From the NCBI GenBank assembly GCA_002269645.1, contig NIVC01004260.1, positions 1 to 52,771 of the forward strand: a stretch of DNA of 52,771 nt, written 5' to 3'. This DNA is from Macrostomum lignano (taxonomy: Eukaryota). Below, in pieces: positions 1 through 14,511 of the stretch; the stretch's first letter is position 1; every line of letters starts with the position of its first letter. The translations under genes were made by a program, and so were the position numbers. The notes under the pieces were generated by a model. The model was not told where the DNA came from. It was given only the letters and a program-made list of their open reading frames with translations, and made no database searches.

Positions 1-2775
1 TCTTCTTTAAGCCTCCCTCTGACTCTTCTTTAAGCTCCCTCTGACTCTCTTCTTTAAGCTCCCTCCCTAACTCTTCTTTAAGCTCCCTCTGACTCTTCTT
101 TAAGCTCCCTCTGACTCTTCTTTAACTTCACTCCCTGACTCCTTTAACTTCACTCCCTGACTCCTCTTTAACTTCACTCCCTGACTACTCTTTAACTTCA
201 CTCCCTGACTCCTCTTTAACTTCACTCCCTGACTCTTTAACTTCACTCCCTGACTCTTTAACTTCACTCCCTGACTCTTTAACTTCACTCCCTGACTCTT
301 TAACTTCACTCCCTGACTCTTCTTTAACTTCACTTCCTGACTCTTCTTTAACTTCACTTCCTGACTCTTTAACTTCACTCCCTGACTCTTTAACTTCACT
401 CCCTGACTCTTTAACTTCACTCCCTGACTCTTTAACTTCACTCCCTGACTCTTCTTTAACTTCACTCCCTGACTCTTCTTAAACTTCACTCCCTGACTCT
501 TTAACTTCACTCCCTGACTCTTCTTTAACTTCACTCCCTGACTCTTTAACTTCACTCCCTGACTCTTTAACTTCACTCCCTGACTCTTTAACTTCACTCC
601 CTGACTCTTCTTTAACTCACTCTGACTCTTCTTTCTTCACTCCCTGACTCTTTAACTTCACTCCCTGACTCTTCTTTAAGCTCCCTCTGACTCTCTTCTT
701 TACGCTCCCTCTGACTCTTCTTTAAGCTCCCTCTGACTCTCTTCTTTAAGCTCCCTCTGACTCTTCTTTAAGCTCCCTCTGACTCTCTTCTTTAAGCTCC
801 CTCTGACTCTTCTTTAAGCTTCCTCTGACTCTCTTCTTTAAGCTCCCTCTGACTCTTCTTTAAGCTCCCTCTGACTCTCTTCTTTAAGCTCCCTCTGACT
901 CTTCTTTAAGCTCCCTCTGACTCTCTCTTTAAGCTCCCTCCCTAACTCTTCTTTAAGCTCCCTCTGACTCTCTTCTTTAAGCTCCCTCTGACTCTTCTTT
1001 AAGCTCCTCTGACTCTTCTTTAACTTCACTCCCTGACTCCTTTAACTTCACTCCCTGACTCCTCTTTAACTTCACTCCCTGACTCTTCTTTAACTTCACT
1101 CCCTGACTCCTTTAACTTCACTCCCTGACTCTTTAACTTCACTCCCTGACTCTTTAACTTCACTCCCTGACTCTTTAACTTCACTCCCTGACTCTTCTTT
1201 AAATTCACTTCCTGACTCTTTTTAACTTCACTTCCTGACTCTTTAACTTCACTCCCTGACTCTTTAACTTCACTCCCTGACTCTTTTAACTTCACTCCCT
1301 GACTCTTTAACTTCACTCCCTGACTCTTCTTTAACTTCACTCCCTGACTCTTTAACTTCACTCCCTGACTCTTCTTTAACTTCACTCCCTGACTCTTTAA
1401 CTTCACTCCCTGACTCTTTAACTTCACTCCCTGACTCTTTAACTTCACTCCCTGACTCTTTAACTTCACTCCCTGACTCTTCTTTAACTTCACTCCCTGA
1501 CTCTTTAACTTCACTCCCTGACTCTTCTTTAACTTCACTCCCTGACTCTTTAACTTCACTCCCTGACTCTTTAACTTCACTCCCTGACTCTTCTTTAACT
1601 TCACTCCCTGACTCTTCTTTAACTTCACTCCCTGACTCTTTAACTTCACTCCCTGCCTCTCTATTTAAGCTTCCTCTGACTCTCTTCTTTAAGCTCCCTC
1701 TGACTCTTCTTTAAGCTCCCTCTGACTCTCTTCTTTAAGCTCCCTCTGACTCTTCTTTAAGCTTCCTCTGACTCTCTTCTTTAAGCTCCCTCTGACTCTT
1801 CTTTAAGCTCCCTCTGACTCTCTTCTTTAAGCTCCCTCTGACTCTTCTTTAAGCTCCCTCTGACTCTCTTCTTTAAGCTCCCTCCCTGACTCTTCTTTAA
1901 CTTCACTCCCTGACTCTTTAACTTCACTCCCTGACTCTTCTTTAACTTCACTCCCTGACTCTTTAACTTCACTCCCTGACTCTTCTTTAACTTCACTCCC
2001 TGACTCTTTAACTTCACTCCCTGACTCTTTAACTTCACTCCCTGACTCTTCTTTAACTTCACTCCCTGACTCTTTAACTTCACTCCCTGCCTCTCTATTT
2101 AAGCTTCCTCTGACTCTCTTCTTTAAGCTCCTCTGACTCTTCTTTAAGCTCCCTCTGACTCTCTTCTTTAAGCTCCCTCTGACTCTTCTTTAAGCTTCCT
2201 CTGACTCTCTTCTTTAAGCTCCCTCTGACTCTTCTTTAAGCTCCCTCTGACTCTCTTCTTTAAGCTCCCTCTGACTCTTCTTTAAGCTCCCTCTGACTCT
2301 CTTCTTTAAGCTCCCTCCCTAACTCTTCTTTAAGCTCCCTCTGACTCTTCTTTAACTTCACTCCCTGACTCCTCTTTAACTTCACTCCCTGACTCTTCTT
2401 TAACTTCACTCCCTGACTCCTTTAACTTCACTCCCTGACTCTTTAACTTCACTCCCTGACTCTTTAACTTCACTCCCTGACTCTTTAACTTCACTTCCTG
2501 ACTCTTTAACTTCACTCCCTGACTCTTTAACTTCACTCCCTGACTCTTTAACTTCACTCCCTGACTCTTTAACTTCACTCCCTGACTCTTCTTTAACTTC
2601 ACTCCCTGACTCTTCTTTAACTTCACTTCCTGACTCTTTAACTTCACTCCCTGACTCTTCTTTAACTTCACTTCCTGACTCTTTAACTTCACTCCCTGAC
2701 TCTTTAACTTCACTCCCTGACTCTTTAACTTCACTCCTTGACTCTTTAAGTTTCCTCCCTGACTCTTATCTTAAC
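1..2775. repeat. Pyrimidine-rich minisatellite array, two interleaved subfamilies (21-24 nt units)
   Basis: Alternating blocks of CTGACTC(TTC)TTTAACTTCACTCC and CTGACT(CT)CTTCTTTAAGCTCCCT; the array runs off the left edge of the window. Confidence 0.97.
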
Positions 2776-3230
2776 TTAGAGCTGACGTCAGAAGATCCAA
2801 ATCCATAATAACGCAGTTCCTGTCCAGAATTTCAGGCAAATTGCCTATTTAAATAAATTACTTTGCTTATTCTTTTTTATAATAGTTTCTATTATTACTC
2901 GTATAATAATTGGTCTAAGCAATAAACATGGGCTCAGTAATTGGGGCCAGTTGTCAAAAAGCATCAGCTATTAAGCCAGTGCGGCTGTTTGCGACCCTAG
3001 AAATTAAATACTTGCCCAGAATCACCCAACTGAAAATGTCGCCTTCGTCATCAAAACGGTCTTTTCATTTGTGTTCCGGCTTGACACCTGCAAACTGCCT
3101 GGCTTATGGCTGAGTTTTTGGTTAATTTTGGGAACACAGATATACTTGCATTTTTAGTGGAAAAAACTGCTTCAAACTACTCGTACGAGTACATGCCTAC
3201 ATAGATAGTAGTGTGTAAGCAGAATGAGGC

Positions 3231-3302
3231 AAGATAGATAGATAGATAGCTAGTGGATAGATAGATAGATAGATAGATAGATGCATAGATAGATAGCTAG
3301 TG

Positions 3303-3399
<97 letters not shown>

Positions 3400-3401
3400 T
3401 G

Positions 3402-3432
<31 letters not shown>

Positions 3433-3434
3433 GC

Positions 3435-3472
<38 letters not shown>

Positions 3473-3476
3473 GGAC

Positions 3477-3538
<62 letters not shown>

Positions 3539-3539
3539 G

Positions 3540-3596
<57 letters not shown>

Positions 3597-3620
3597 GGAC
3601 AGATAGATAGATAGATAGAC

Positions 3621-3655
<35 letters not shown>

Positions 3656-3690
3656 CAAACAAGTAGATAGATAGATAGATAGATAGATAG
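3231..3690. repeat. (GATA)n microsatellite
   Basis: About 460 nt of GATA units with a few variants. Confidence 0.99.
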
Positions 3691-4390
3691 TTGCCACGCG
3701 TGCTCAGCAATCGCACCCCTCCAGCAGCCTCATCGAATGCCGACAAGCACTTCGCAGCCTCTTCACCCCGCGCATCGAAGAGCCCTCCCGGATGCAGAGC
3801 CGGAACTATCGCCTTACAAGTGCCCTAGCAGACAAATGGAAAGAATATTGGAGCCATGCAGTGGAAGCTGGCACTGGCTGCAGGTGAGCAAAGCAGATTG
3901 GTCCCATCTCAAGAGAGCTCGCAGAGCTTCATCATGTCGGCCTTCTTCTATCCTTAGAGTGCCAATTAGCTGCTGCTGCAGAAGCAGACGGTTGAGCATC
4001 CTTTCCCGTCTTCCCTATTCTCAGCCGAATGGGTTCACGCAACACCCCCGTTGCGACCTCCCCCATCAACTGAAATCTCGGCAATACCTGAGACTTGGCT
4101 GGATCTGTGCCCATATGGTCCCGATATTTCAAATCCAAGTATAAACACGCCACAGCCACACACAGAAGCCGCAGCCTATTTTCATCTAGGATACGCCTTT
4201 CAAACTTGATAATCCTTTGTAGATCCTGTTGCGTGATTGATGCGCAGACTGTGGAGTCTGGACTGGCTATAATAAGGCCCTCGTAGGGATAGTTCAGCGG
4301 CAGCTGCGTAGCTGCAACGCGCCTGTTTGTCTCCCACAGCATTCCAGCCATGGGGTTTTCCTAATTCAACTCGGCGGGGTTCCCTGGGCA
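3691..4390 (-). mobile_element. Possible degraded retroelement or pseudogene fragment
   Basis: GC-rich island with broken minus-strand frames (ORFs 3932-4351 and 3814-3999, including a CSQC...NILSICL stretch loosely like a non-LTR C-terminal Cys/His motif) running into the (CTAT)n tract. No diagnostic domain recognised. Confidence 0.25.
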
Positions 4391-4599
4391 TTATTATTAA
4401 TTATTAGGGATAATTATAGCTGTAACTATACTTTGATTGTTGAATATGCTATTGTAATTGATTTTGTTTGCGTGTGGATTGTTCGATTCAAATTTAGTTT
4501 AAAGATTATTTCAAGAAGTGTTGATGCACATGGGAGTGTAGGAGGCAAGATATTAATGCCAGGCAGGGTCAGGGATGATTAAAAATGTAGAGAGCAGAG

Positions 4600-4980
4600 T
4601 GGAAGGTGGACAGAATGATAGATTGCAGAGTAGAGTAAATATAGAATGGTAGATAGAAGAGTAGAGTAGATTGTAGATATAATCGTAGATAGCAGAGTAG
4701 ACTCTAGATATGATGGTAGCTAGTAGATAGATGTAGATAGAATGGTAGAGTAGAGTGTAGATAGAATGGTAGATAGCAGAGTAGAGTGTAGATATAGAAT
4801 GGTAGATCGTAGAGTAAAGAATGGTAGATAAGTAGAATGGTAGATCTCGGTCGCAAAGTAGAGTGTAGACAGAGTGGTAGATCGTAGAGTAGAGTGTAGA
4901 TAGGAGAGTAGAAGGAATCTAGTAGATGTAGATAGAGTGTAGATAGAATAGATGTAGATAGAGGTAGAAAGAATTAGATA
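4600..4980. repeat. Degenerate purine-rich repeat (AGTAGAGTGTAGATAGAATGGTAGAT-like)
   Basis: Recurrent TAGA/GTAG modules, imperfect. Confidence 0.8.
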
Positions 4981-5088
4981 TTGTTTAAACTAGGGTGACG
5001 CAAAAAGTTAGAGCTGGAATTTTTTGTTTCATATCGTAATTTTTCTTCATTTACTTTTCTGTTGAAGTAAATAAAACCATCCACGCAG

Positions 5089-5223
5089 GTTAAGCAGAGT
5101 TGGCAGCGGTTAGTGCAGTTGCATGAACAAATACTAAAAGATATGCTGCTTGCGTCACTCATCAAGGCAAGGCAGCACTCTCAGTACCTGTGCAGTTCGC
5201 CTACTCGAGATCGCAATCTCTGA
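5089..5223 (+). CDS. Candidate terminal coding exon of an unidentified gene (VKQSWQRLVQLHEQILKDMLLASLIKARQHSQYLCSSPTRDRNL*)
   Basis: CAG acceptor at 5086-5088, 44 open codons with helical-looking composition, TGA at 5221-5223. Upstream exons not confidently found. Confidence 0.25.
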   Translation, partial: VKQSWQRLVQLHEQILKDMLLASLIKARQHSQYLCSSPTRDRNL

Positions 5224-5899
5224 CCATCTCTTTCTGACTCCTCACACTCTGCTTGAAACGAAATCTTTGTCTTTATATAACAACTGTTGAGCAGTGTAAT
5301 TACTATGCTCAAATCCCCGTAGTCTTTAGTTGGTGCCGCGTTTTGTCTTTCACAAATATTAATAATTACTGGCCGTTATAAGTCAGTCTTATTGCAGAGG
5401 CCACTGAGCTATAATTGGCTGTTTCAGGTTCAGCTTTTCTGCAGTAGAGTTTTTTCTCGCAGGAAAACAACTCACTCTTGTGTGAGGCTGACTATCGATT
5501 CCCACGCAGTGTCCGGCTAAAAACCGCCCGACTCTCTCTCTCTCGGGTCTTTATCTCGCGGCTGCGTGAATAGGCTAAGACTGAGAACTAAAAAACACCC
5601 TGGGGGGGGGAGGGGTGGTGGGCTTCCGCCATCGCAATTCCAACAATTATAGGCAATCTGGTCTTTGAGCTCGCGGCTGAAGCCGGCCTTCCACCACCTG
5701 GTGGTACGCGCTTTCACTTTTCTCGCTCTCGTTGAAGCTCTGCATGGGTTCGTTGAGCCGTTGGGGGAATTAAGCTGCATGTGCTGCTGAGTCCTGCTGA
5801 GATCGTTTCAGCTTGAGTAGACATTTTTATAAAAGAAAAGTTAAACATTTTTTGTAATGAAAGAGAAACTCATTGTGCATTGAAGGATGAACGGGTTTA

Positions 5900-6550
5900 G
5901 AGAATGGATTGCTAATGTAGCCAAGGTGTGAAGGAATTAAATGGATTGCTAATCTAGCCAATTTATGATGAAATAGAATGGATTGCTAATCTAGCCAATT
6001 TATGAAGTAATAGAATGGATTGCTAATCTAGCCAATTTATGAAGGAATAGAATGGATTGCTAATCTAGCCAATTTATGAAGGAATAGAATGGATTGCTAA
6101 TCTAGCCAATCTATGAAGGAATAGAATGGATTGCTAATCTAGCCAATTTATGAAGGAATAGAATGGATTGCTAATCTAGCCAATCTATGAAGGAATAGAA
6201 TGGATTGCTAATCTAGCCAATTTATGAAGGAATAGAATGGATTGCTAATCTAGCCAATTTATGAAGTTATAGAATGGACTGCTAATCTAGCCAATTTATG
6301 ATGGAATAGAATGGATTGCTAATCTAGCCAATTTATGAAGGAATAGAATGGATTGCTAATCTAGCCAATTTATGAAGGAATTAAATGGATTGCTAATCTA
6401 GCCAATTTATGAAGGAATAGAATGGATTGCTAATCTAGCCAATTTATGAAGGAATGGAATGGATTGCTAATCTAGCCAATGTGTGAAGGAATGGAATGGG
6501 TTGCTAATCTAGCCGATGTGTGAAGGAATGGAATGGATTGCTAATCTAGT
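5900..6550. repeat. 37-bp minisatellite
   Basis: Unit GAATGGATTGCTAATCTAGCCAATTTATGAAGGAATA, about 17 copies, no unique spacers. Confidence 0.97.
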
Positions 6551-6863
6551 ACGAGTGAATATTAGTAATAACATAATGGTTGCTAATCTATGATTCAAAA
6601 AACTCTCCAAGCGAACCCTGTCCCTCGTTACAAGTAAAATGGCGGCACACCTGGCTGCAATTATAAGAAGAAGAAGCTGTAAGAAGTCGTGCGCAAATTG
6701 TGGGGCACCAGCTGCGGGAACAGAGCGGGATGGCCTGAATAATCTGTGGGCGAACTGTTGGTTCCCCGGGTTTTATGATGCGAAATTTTTTGCACGTGAA
6801 ACAAGCCGTGACGGTGAACGGTCGGATGAAATGAAACGAATTTCATTTTAATGATAATAAATC

Positions 6864-8050
<1,187 letters not shown>

Positions 8051-8639
8051 CATCTCGTCTAGAAGTATACAACTGTCTATTTCTGTTCACAAATCACAAA
8101 TGGCCAGTATGCAGTCACATCAAGCAAAAACTGAGGCCCAACGGTCCTGAGAAAAACAAAAAACGAACTAGCGTCCAATGTTGCCGAAATCTCGACTGCT
8201 TTGGACGGCCCCCAGCCTTGTCTATTGTATAATAATTGTTCCTTAATCTCTCTCTGTCGCCCCAGCTTTCCCAGCGAGTGCCTTGGCGCACCTGGCGTTG
8301 GCATAATTAAGATAAAAAACGACGGTAGGTAAGGCTGCAATTATTAGTCAACTACAATTTCTGCAGCCCCCAGGCTACGCCTGAGTCTTCAGCGCCTTTC
8401 TCTGTCTCCAGTCAGGGCTGTCCATATGGAGAGGATGGAGGCCATGCAACACATGAAGCGAACGCAGTTTACATTTACAACCAAACTTTTCTTCGCACAG
8501 CTAAATAAAGATGCAGTTTTGACATCTAGAGCAGTTTTTGAGCCCTATACTGGCCCCGCAGTCAATGCAGGAGGTGCTGCTGCTGACGCCGGGGTCTCAG
8601 ATTCGGTCCAAGCTTTTGAGGCGTGCTCTGAGTTGTGCT

Positions 8640-9434
8640 AGGTTGTTGTTGTTGTTGTTGTCGTTGTTTTTTTTTAATATTGTTGTTATTATTGCTTTTT
8701 TGCTGATGTGCGGCCTGAGCGGAGTTGGGCGAGCAGCTTTTGATCAGCCCGCGAGGTGATGGCCTCGCGGTCGTGGGCGGCTGAGACGTACTGCGGTAGG
8801 CCTCCCGGATGCGCTCATGGGCCGCCGGTGGGTCGCAGAGAACTCTTCCGCCGACTTTGGCCAGGTGGTCGGCGTGCTCGTTGCCGGGGATGCCGCAGTG
8901 GCTGGGCACCCATTGGACGATGGTATCCACGTTCATCAGGTCCAGCGCGTGCATTTTGTGGTTGATACCGCGGTTGTTGGCGGCGAGCGCGTCGATAAGG
9001 CTGGGGCTGTCCGAGCAGATGACCAAAGACGGTGGGGGAGGGGGGTTGCTGCCTCTCGCTTGCACCCATTCACTCGCTTGCGACCTGCGACCTCCCCGTC
9101 AAAGCTGGACGTGATGGACGAGCCGCGGCGGGCGTGGCCTCCGGCAATCTTAACCCCGGTCGCGGAGCGTCGGTATAAATTGTCCAGGCCGGTGGGGGCA
9201 GCGAAGCAGCGAGCTCCCGGATGCGGTCGATAGCGGCGCTGCGGAAGAGGTCGGGTTCGGCGGGAGGATGCGGCAGAATCTGCGGAGGCATCGGGGAGGC
9301 TGGGAGGGAGTGGAGCGCTCGGCGGGAAAAAAGGCTGGCGGTGATCGAGGTTGGACTGCAGGAGACTTCGCTGAGCTGCGAAGCCGCGAGCCGGCGGACG
9401 AGGCGGTGGGTGGTGGTCCCACGGCACCGGCCTC
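8640..9434 (-). mobile_element. 5'-truncated non-LTR retrotransposon relic with frameshifted RNase H domain
   Basis: RNase H motifs are split over three frames: WTIYTD(g)SATG, SSITSSFDGEVAG, and LVICSDSPSLIDAL...QWVPSHCGIPGNEHADHLAK. An (AAC)n-like tail lies at about 8640-8695; the 5' side ends at a (TC)n tract. Confidence 0.8.
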
Positions 9435-9465
<31 letters not shown>

Positions 9466-9879
9466 TGGGTTGGGGTCCACAGCCAGGGGTGCCCTCGAGT
9501 AGAATCTGGGGCTTGAGGCCAACATCTTATTGTTGTTGTTGTTTTTGTTGTTGTCATGGTCGCTGATGTTGTTTCTATTGTTGATGCTATTAATGCCAGA
9601 TTGTTTTCACTATTCATACGAAACCCAAGAACGAATTTCTTGGCCGAACTCCAAGCGGCAGAAGCTGGAGTTCTCTGCACTCATTCGCTCTCGCTCGGGT
9701 TTGTAGTCAAGCCTCAAGCAGACTTTCTACTGTCTGTCTGTCTGCCTGTCTGTTTTGAACTCAATAGCCCGGAATCACCCCCGAAACCCCAACTTGACTC
9801 AATTCAAATTTCAATCAGGGAGAACACAACTGTTATCCAATTCTTTGTTCCCTCGATAACAGCAGCGTTGTCAAGGTAA

Positions 9880-10440
9880 ATGCGTTTTGGCCTCATTACA
9901 GAAAAAGACTTCGGCTTGACCAACAGACTGTGCGTTTATGATAGAATATTGAGACTGGCTGCTCCAGTGAGCAAATCCGGCTTTATATTTCATAAGGATG
10001 GACCGGGCAGCCAGCCCTCCTGACCCCCATTGTAGCACGTGTCTCCAACCAGATTTTCCCCGCGACAATTCGCCAGTTGGAAGGCCCAGGGGGAGCGGAG
10101 AGTGGATAAGTGGAAGAATATAAGTAAGACGGGGGGCTTCGGTACAATCCCAATATTTCTGCTTCAGCGAGCCTATTTGGGGGTTTAGGGGAGAATCAGG
10201 GGGCAAAGGAGGCGGTTAAGAAGGCCGGCAGCCGCCCATGGCCATGAGTATAATTTGAGACAATTTCAACTCGCTTGATTTCATTTGTGCCCTCCCCTTT
10301 TGCTATACCTTCCCTGAGGGTCGGCAGGAAGCTTGGATTTGAGCTTGGTCCCCCTTCACCCAAACTCGGATTCCCGTGATTTTTTCTTACAGCGCTGGAA
10401 GGAATAAACGAATTGTCACCTTTTAATTCCGGCACTGCGC
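9880..10440 (-). mobile_element. Possible second non-LTR relic (C-terminal region)
   Basis: YTHGHGRLPAFL then, after a frameshift, PDSPLNPQIGSLKQKYWDC resembles the LTGHGxFxxYL...DSPxCxCG...HxxWEC tail of non-LTR ORF2; heavily decayed. Confidence 0.35.
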
Positions 10441-10594
10441 TGAAGTGATAGTTGCTTGAGCAGATGAGTGTTGAGCACGATCAGGTTAATAGGGGCCTTT
10501 TATTGGCGCAAAGGGGTGCGAATTTCGTCTGATAGGGACTCAAATTGATGACAAATATTGGGATGCTTTTTAAGTGATTAAGGGATGGCGAGGA

Positions 10595-10860
<266 letters not shown>

Positions 10861-12361
10861 GAAAAAGAGAAAAGTTGAAAGTTGAACAAAGCGAGTTTAT
10901 TTGCCGATTGTGTTAGGATAGACAAAGGAAATGATGCAGCGGAGATTCTGAGCTTGAGCATAAAGCAATTCAGCGGGCTGGAACGACACTCTCTCTGATA
11001 TATTTACAATCTTACTTCGGTTTTAAACTGACTGACTCGCGTTATCTAAAGAATTTCTTAGCGTAATTTCTTCCATAAAGTCTTCAACAGAGATCGAGGC
11101 TGCTCGCCCTTCTGCTGTGTGATTTACAACCCTTGGTTGAGGGAAAGAGCTGCTCAATGATCTGTCTTGGTCTACTCTGTAGATTTCTTCTGCTTCACAC
11201 AGAAAGAAAGATATTTATGGCTCGAAATTTCGAAACGAAACTTTGAATTTATAGCCATTTTTATTATTGCAATTTTTGTAACTATATAGTTTTAACAGGT
11301 GACAAAAAAAACAGATTTATTTACACATCGTGTGTGTAAACTTGTAAAGCGAATGATTAATATAAACAAATAAATAAATAAACATATTTATATATAGCAT
11401 CTATCTATGCAAACTTTAGGGTTTCAGAAAATATTCATTTTCCACGTTAATGACAGAAAAGTGAAATTGTACTCGCTGAGATATGAAATTATTTTTATGT
11501 ACAAGTATGATGCAATGCTAGCAGATTATAATCGAATAAAATGTAACAGTAGGATCACAAAAAAGCTGGACAGACACACAAACCAGATGAAGCATCTTTA
11601 TGCAAAATCATTGGCCAGGGAGCCACCGAGGGTCTAGCTAGGGGGTTGGTGAGGTCACTTGCCGTAATCAAGTTATCAATGGTGTCTTTCTTTAATTTTG
11701 GCACCAAAACAACAAAGAGATTGACAATAACACCTCAGTCTACAGATAAGCACTAATCTTTAATCTGGATTTATTGTGTAAACAATTTGTGGTATGCAAG
11801 GAATCATCAAGGACCAACTAAATAGGACTCTAGGAGTTTATGGGACACATTTGTTTCTTAACAAACTTTTGAAGGCTCGACTTGCATTTTTTCTTTTCGA
11901 TTTTTCAGCTCAAAATTAATAACAGTATTTGATGAAGCAATGATTAACAATAAGGTATAGTGTGAGGTAATCATTAAAAATATTATTTTTTATAAGCTGA
12001 TAAAATTGGCCGACAAGACAACTAGAAAAAAACAACACAAATCAAGCTGACTATTGCAATCAAGAGAAAAGTAAAAAGTTGATTATTGAAGAAAAGAATC
12101 CTATATAGTTGGTCCTTGATGAAGATTGATGAAGGGTAGGGCTAGGATTAGCTCAAGGGGGTACCTCGTCTCCCCTACTCTCTTATCTCATCTCTCATCT
12201 CTCATCTTCTTTCCTCTCTCATCTGGCCCGCGGATTCTTTATTTGGCCCTTGAGGTAAAAGTCTGCCAACTTCCTGGGTCAGATGAAGCGGCAGATGAAG
12301 AGCGGAGGCCAGCTTCAAATCTCCCACGCACACAGAGTCGCATTTTCAAGAATCTCAAAGG

Positions 12362-12704
12362 TCAGGAGCTCTGCAGCACGTAGTTGAGGTACATGATGTA
12401 GCAGATGGCCAGCCGCAGTATTTCAATCTTGGACAGCTTCTTCTCCGGCGGCAGGGTTGGCAGCAGCTTGCGCAGCTCGGTGAACGCCGCGTTGAACGCC
12501 TCGACCCGGACTCGCTCCCTGGCGGCGTGCGCCGTCCGGTACTTGACGGTGGCTCGGCGACGCCTGCGACGCTCCTCGCGAGTCAGGTGCACCCACTCCG
12601 TGGCCTCGTCGATTGAGCAGCACTCGGACGATTGCGTTGAAGATACCGGGCGATTGCGTTGCTGCTGCTGCTGCTGCTGCTGCGATTTTTGAGACTGCAG
12701 CGAC

Positions 12705-12739
<35 letters not shown>

Positions 12740-13114
12740 AGGCTGCATGAGCCCCGGCTGCTGCATCTCCATCATCCGGTCGGTGCCCCCGCTGCTATTG
12801 AAATCGACAGCCGAAGTCAGGCACTGCTTCTGCGACTGCATCTGGAAGGTGGAAGGGTTGTAAAATCCGCTGCCGCCGCAGTCGATGCCATCGGTGCTGC
12901 TGCCGCCGCTGCAGCTGCTGTTGCTGAGCTTGTCGGAGAAGCTCCTGTTCATGAGGTTCTGCTGGTACTGATGATCCTGCTGCTGCTGCTGCTGCTGCAG
13001 ATGGTACTGCAGGTTCTGCTGATGAGCGTCGCTTAGATAGGCCGGATGGTCAGAGGGCATGTCCTGCAGCTTCTGCTTCATCAGCACCGGGTTTGACTCG
13101 GGTCCCAGGCGCAT
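12362..13114 (-). CDS. NHLH1: NSCL/HEN (NHLH-family) bHLH transcription factor, 250 aa, single coding exon
   Basis: [66 protein letters not shown] closely matches the NHLH1/2 bHLH. Q/P-rich N-terminus; in-frame TAG upstream at 13172-13174; TGA at 12362-12364. The symbol indicates family, not 1:1 orthology. Confidence 0.95.
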
Positions 13115-13208
13115 TGCCGATTGCGGGCTTCTGGAAATTGAAACATCGCATACTATATAGTTCTTCGTGCTCTATGCGGCATTGCGGCTGGGTTTATAAC
13201 TCTCTTCT

Positions 13209-13910
13209 CAGATCCTTGATTGCTGGGCCAGCCTCCCAGATTCTCATTTGGTTGGCCAAAGCCTCCCAGAGTGTCAGTTTCTGGACCACAGACTCCCAGA
13301 TCCTCGGTTTCTGGACAACAGCCTCCCAGATCCTCAGCTTCTGGGCCAGCCTCCCAGATCCTCAGTTGCTGGGCCAGCCTCCCAGATCCTCAGTTGCTGG
13401 GCCAGCCTCCCAGATCCTCAGTTGCTGGGCCACAGCCTCCCCCATCCTCAGTTGCTGGATCAGCCTCCCAAATCCTCAGTTGCTGGGCCGGCCTCCCAGA
13501 TCCTCAGTTGCTGGGCCAGCCTCCCAAATCCTCAGTTGCTGAGCTAGCCTTCCAGATCCTCAGTTGCGGAGCCAGCCTCCCAGAGTGTCAGTTGCTGAGC
13601 CAGCCTCTCAGATCCTCAATTGCTGGGCCGGCCTTCCAGAGTGTCAGTTGCTGGGCCAGCCTCCCAGAGTGTCAGTTGCTGGGCCAGCCTCCCAGATCCT
13701 CAGTTGCTGGGCCACAGCCTCCCAGATCCTCAGTTGCTGGGCCAGCCTCCCAGATCCTCAGTTGCTGGGCCACAGCCTCCCAGATCCTCAGTTGCTGGGC
13801 CAGCCTCCCAGATCCTCAGTTGCTGGGCCACAGCCTCCCAGATCCTCAGTTGCTGGGCCACAGCCTCCCAGATCCTCAGTTGCTGGGCCACAGCCTCCCA
13901 GATCCCCAGA
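13209..13910. repeat. 28/30-bp minisatellite (left arm of inverted pair)
   Basis: Unit CTCAGTTGCTGGGCC(AC)AGCCTCCCAGATC. Confidence 0.97.
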
Positions 13911-14511
13911 CGCTCCTGTGAACTATGTGCAGAGAAACTGCTATCTACCATGCAGGCCATAAGTGTTAATTGAATTTCATATCTTGAATTTGTAGCCGCT
14001 ATTCTATAAGAAAATGGCACTAAATTCTATATAAATATTTCAAAGCCGTGCAGGTTCAGCATACGCAAAAATGATCAGATGAAGCTCTTATATAGTTATA
14101 AATATGTTACAACATCCGGGTATGCATAATGCATGCAGGTATGCTCCTTCCACTGTTTTACAGATAGCTTTAGTAGCAAAAATGGATTTAGAAATTCCTT
14201 ACCCAGGATGAATTGATTTAATTATTCGAGTTCGCGGGTTGAGAACTGATGATGGAAAGGAAATCCGGCTTAAGTCATGGGATGAAAATATTCCCGACCG
14301 GCCCCATCGCCCAAGTAAAACCCGATTAATCGCCATCGCAAATTGAATTTTCAAACCCAGAGGCCTCCAGTGGCATCACACATCGAGACGGGGAACTCAT
14401 ATTCCTTCTGCAGACTTGGCTTGCCAATCCTCCCCAATGGTCTGCAGCTTGAAATTCTGCTATTTTTACCACAAGCAATTGGAGAATTTCTTCAGAATAG
14501 CGGCACAGCTT

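Noticed and set aside
5517-5780. 87-aa minus-strand ORF with CWNC
   Set aside because: No recognisable domain or splice context; it runs through low-complexity G and CT tracts.
6636-6851. AAAATGGCGGC (YY1/Kozak-like) start and an ORF with a CANCG motif
   Set aside because: Only half of a zinc finger, no good donor, and no recognisable family.
13911-14511. Coding exon or transposase in the loop between the inverted arms
   Set aside because: Only short frames on both strands, interrupted by stops, with no recognisable motif.
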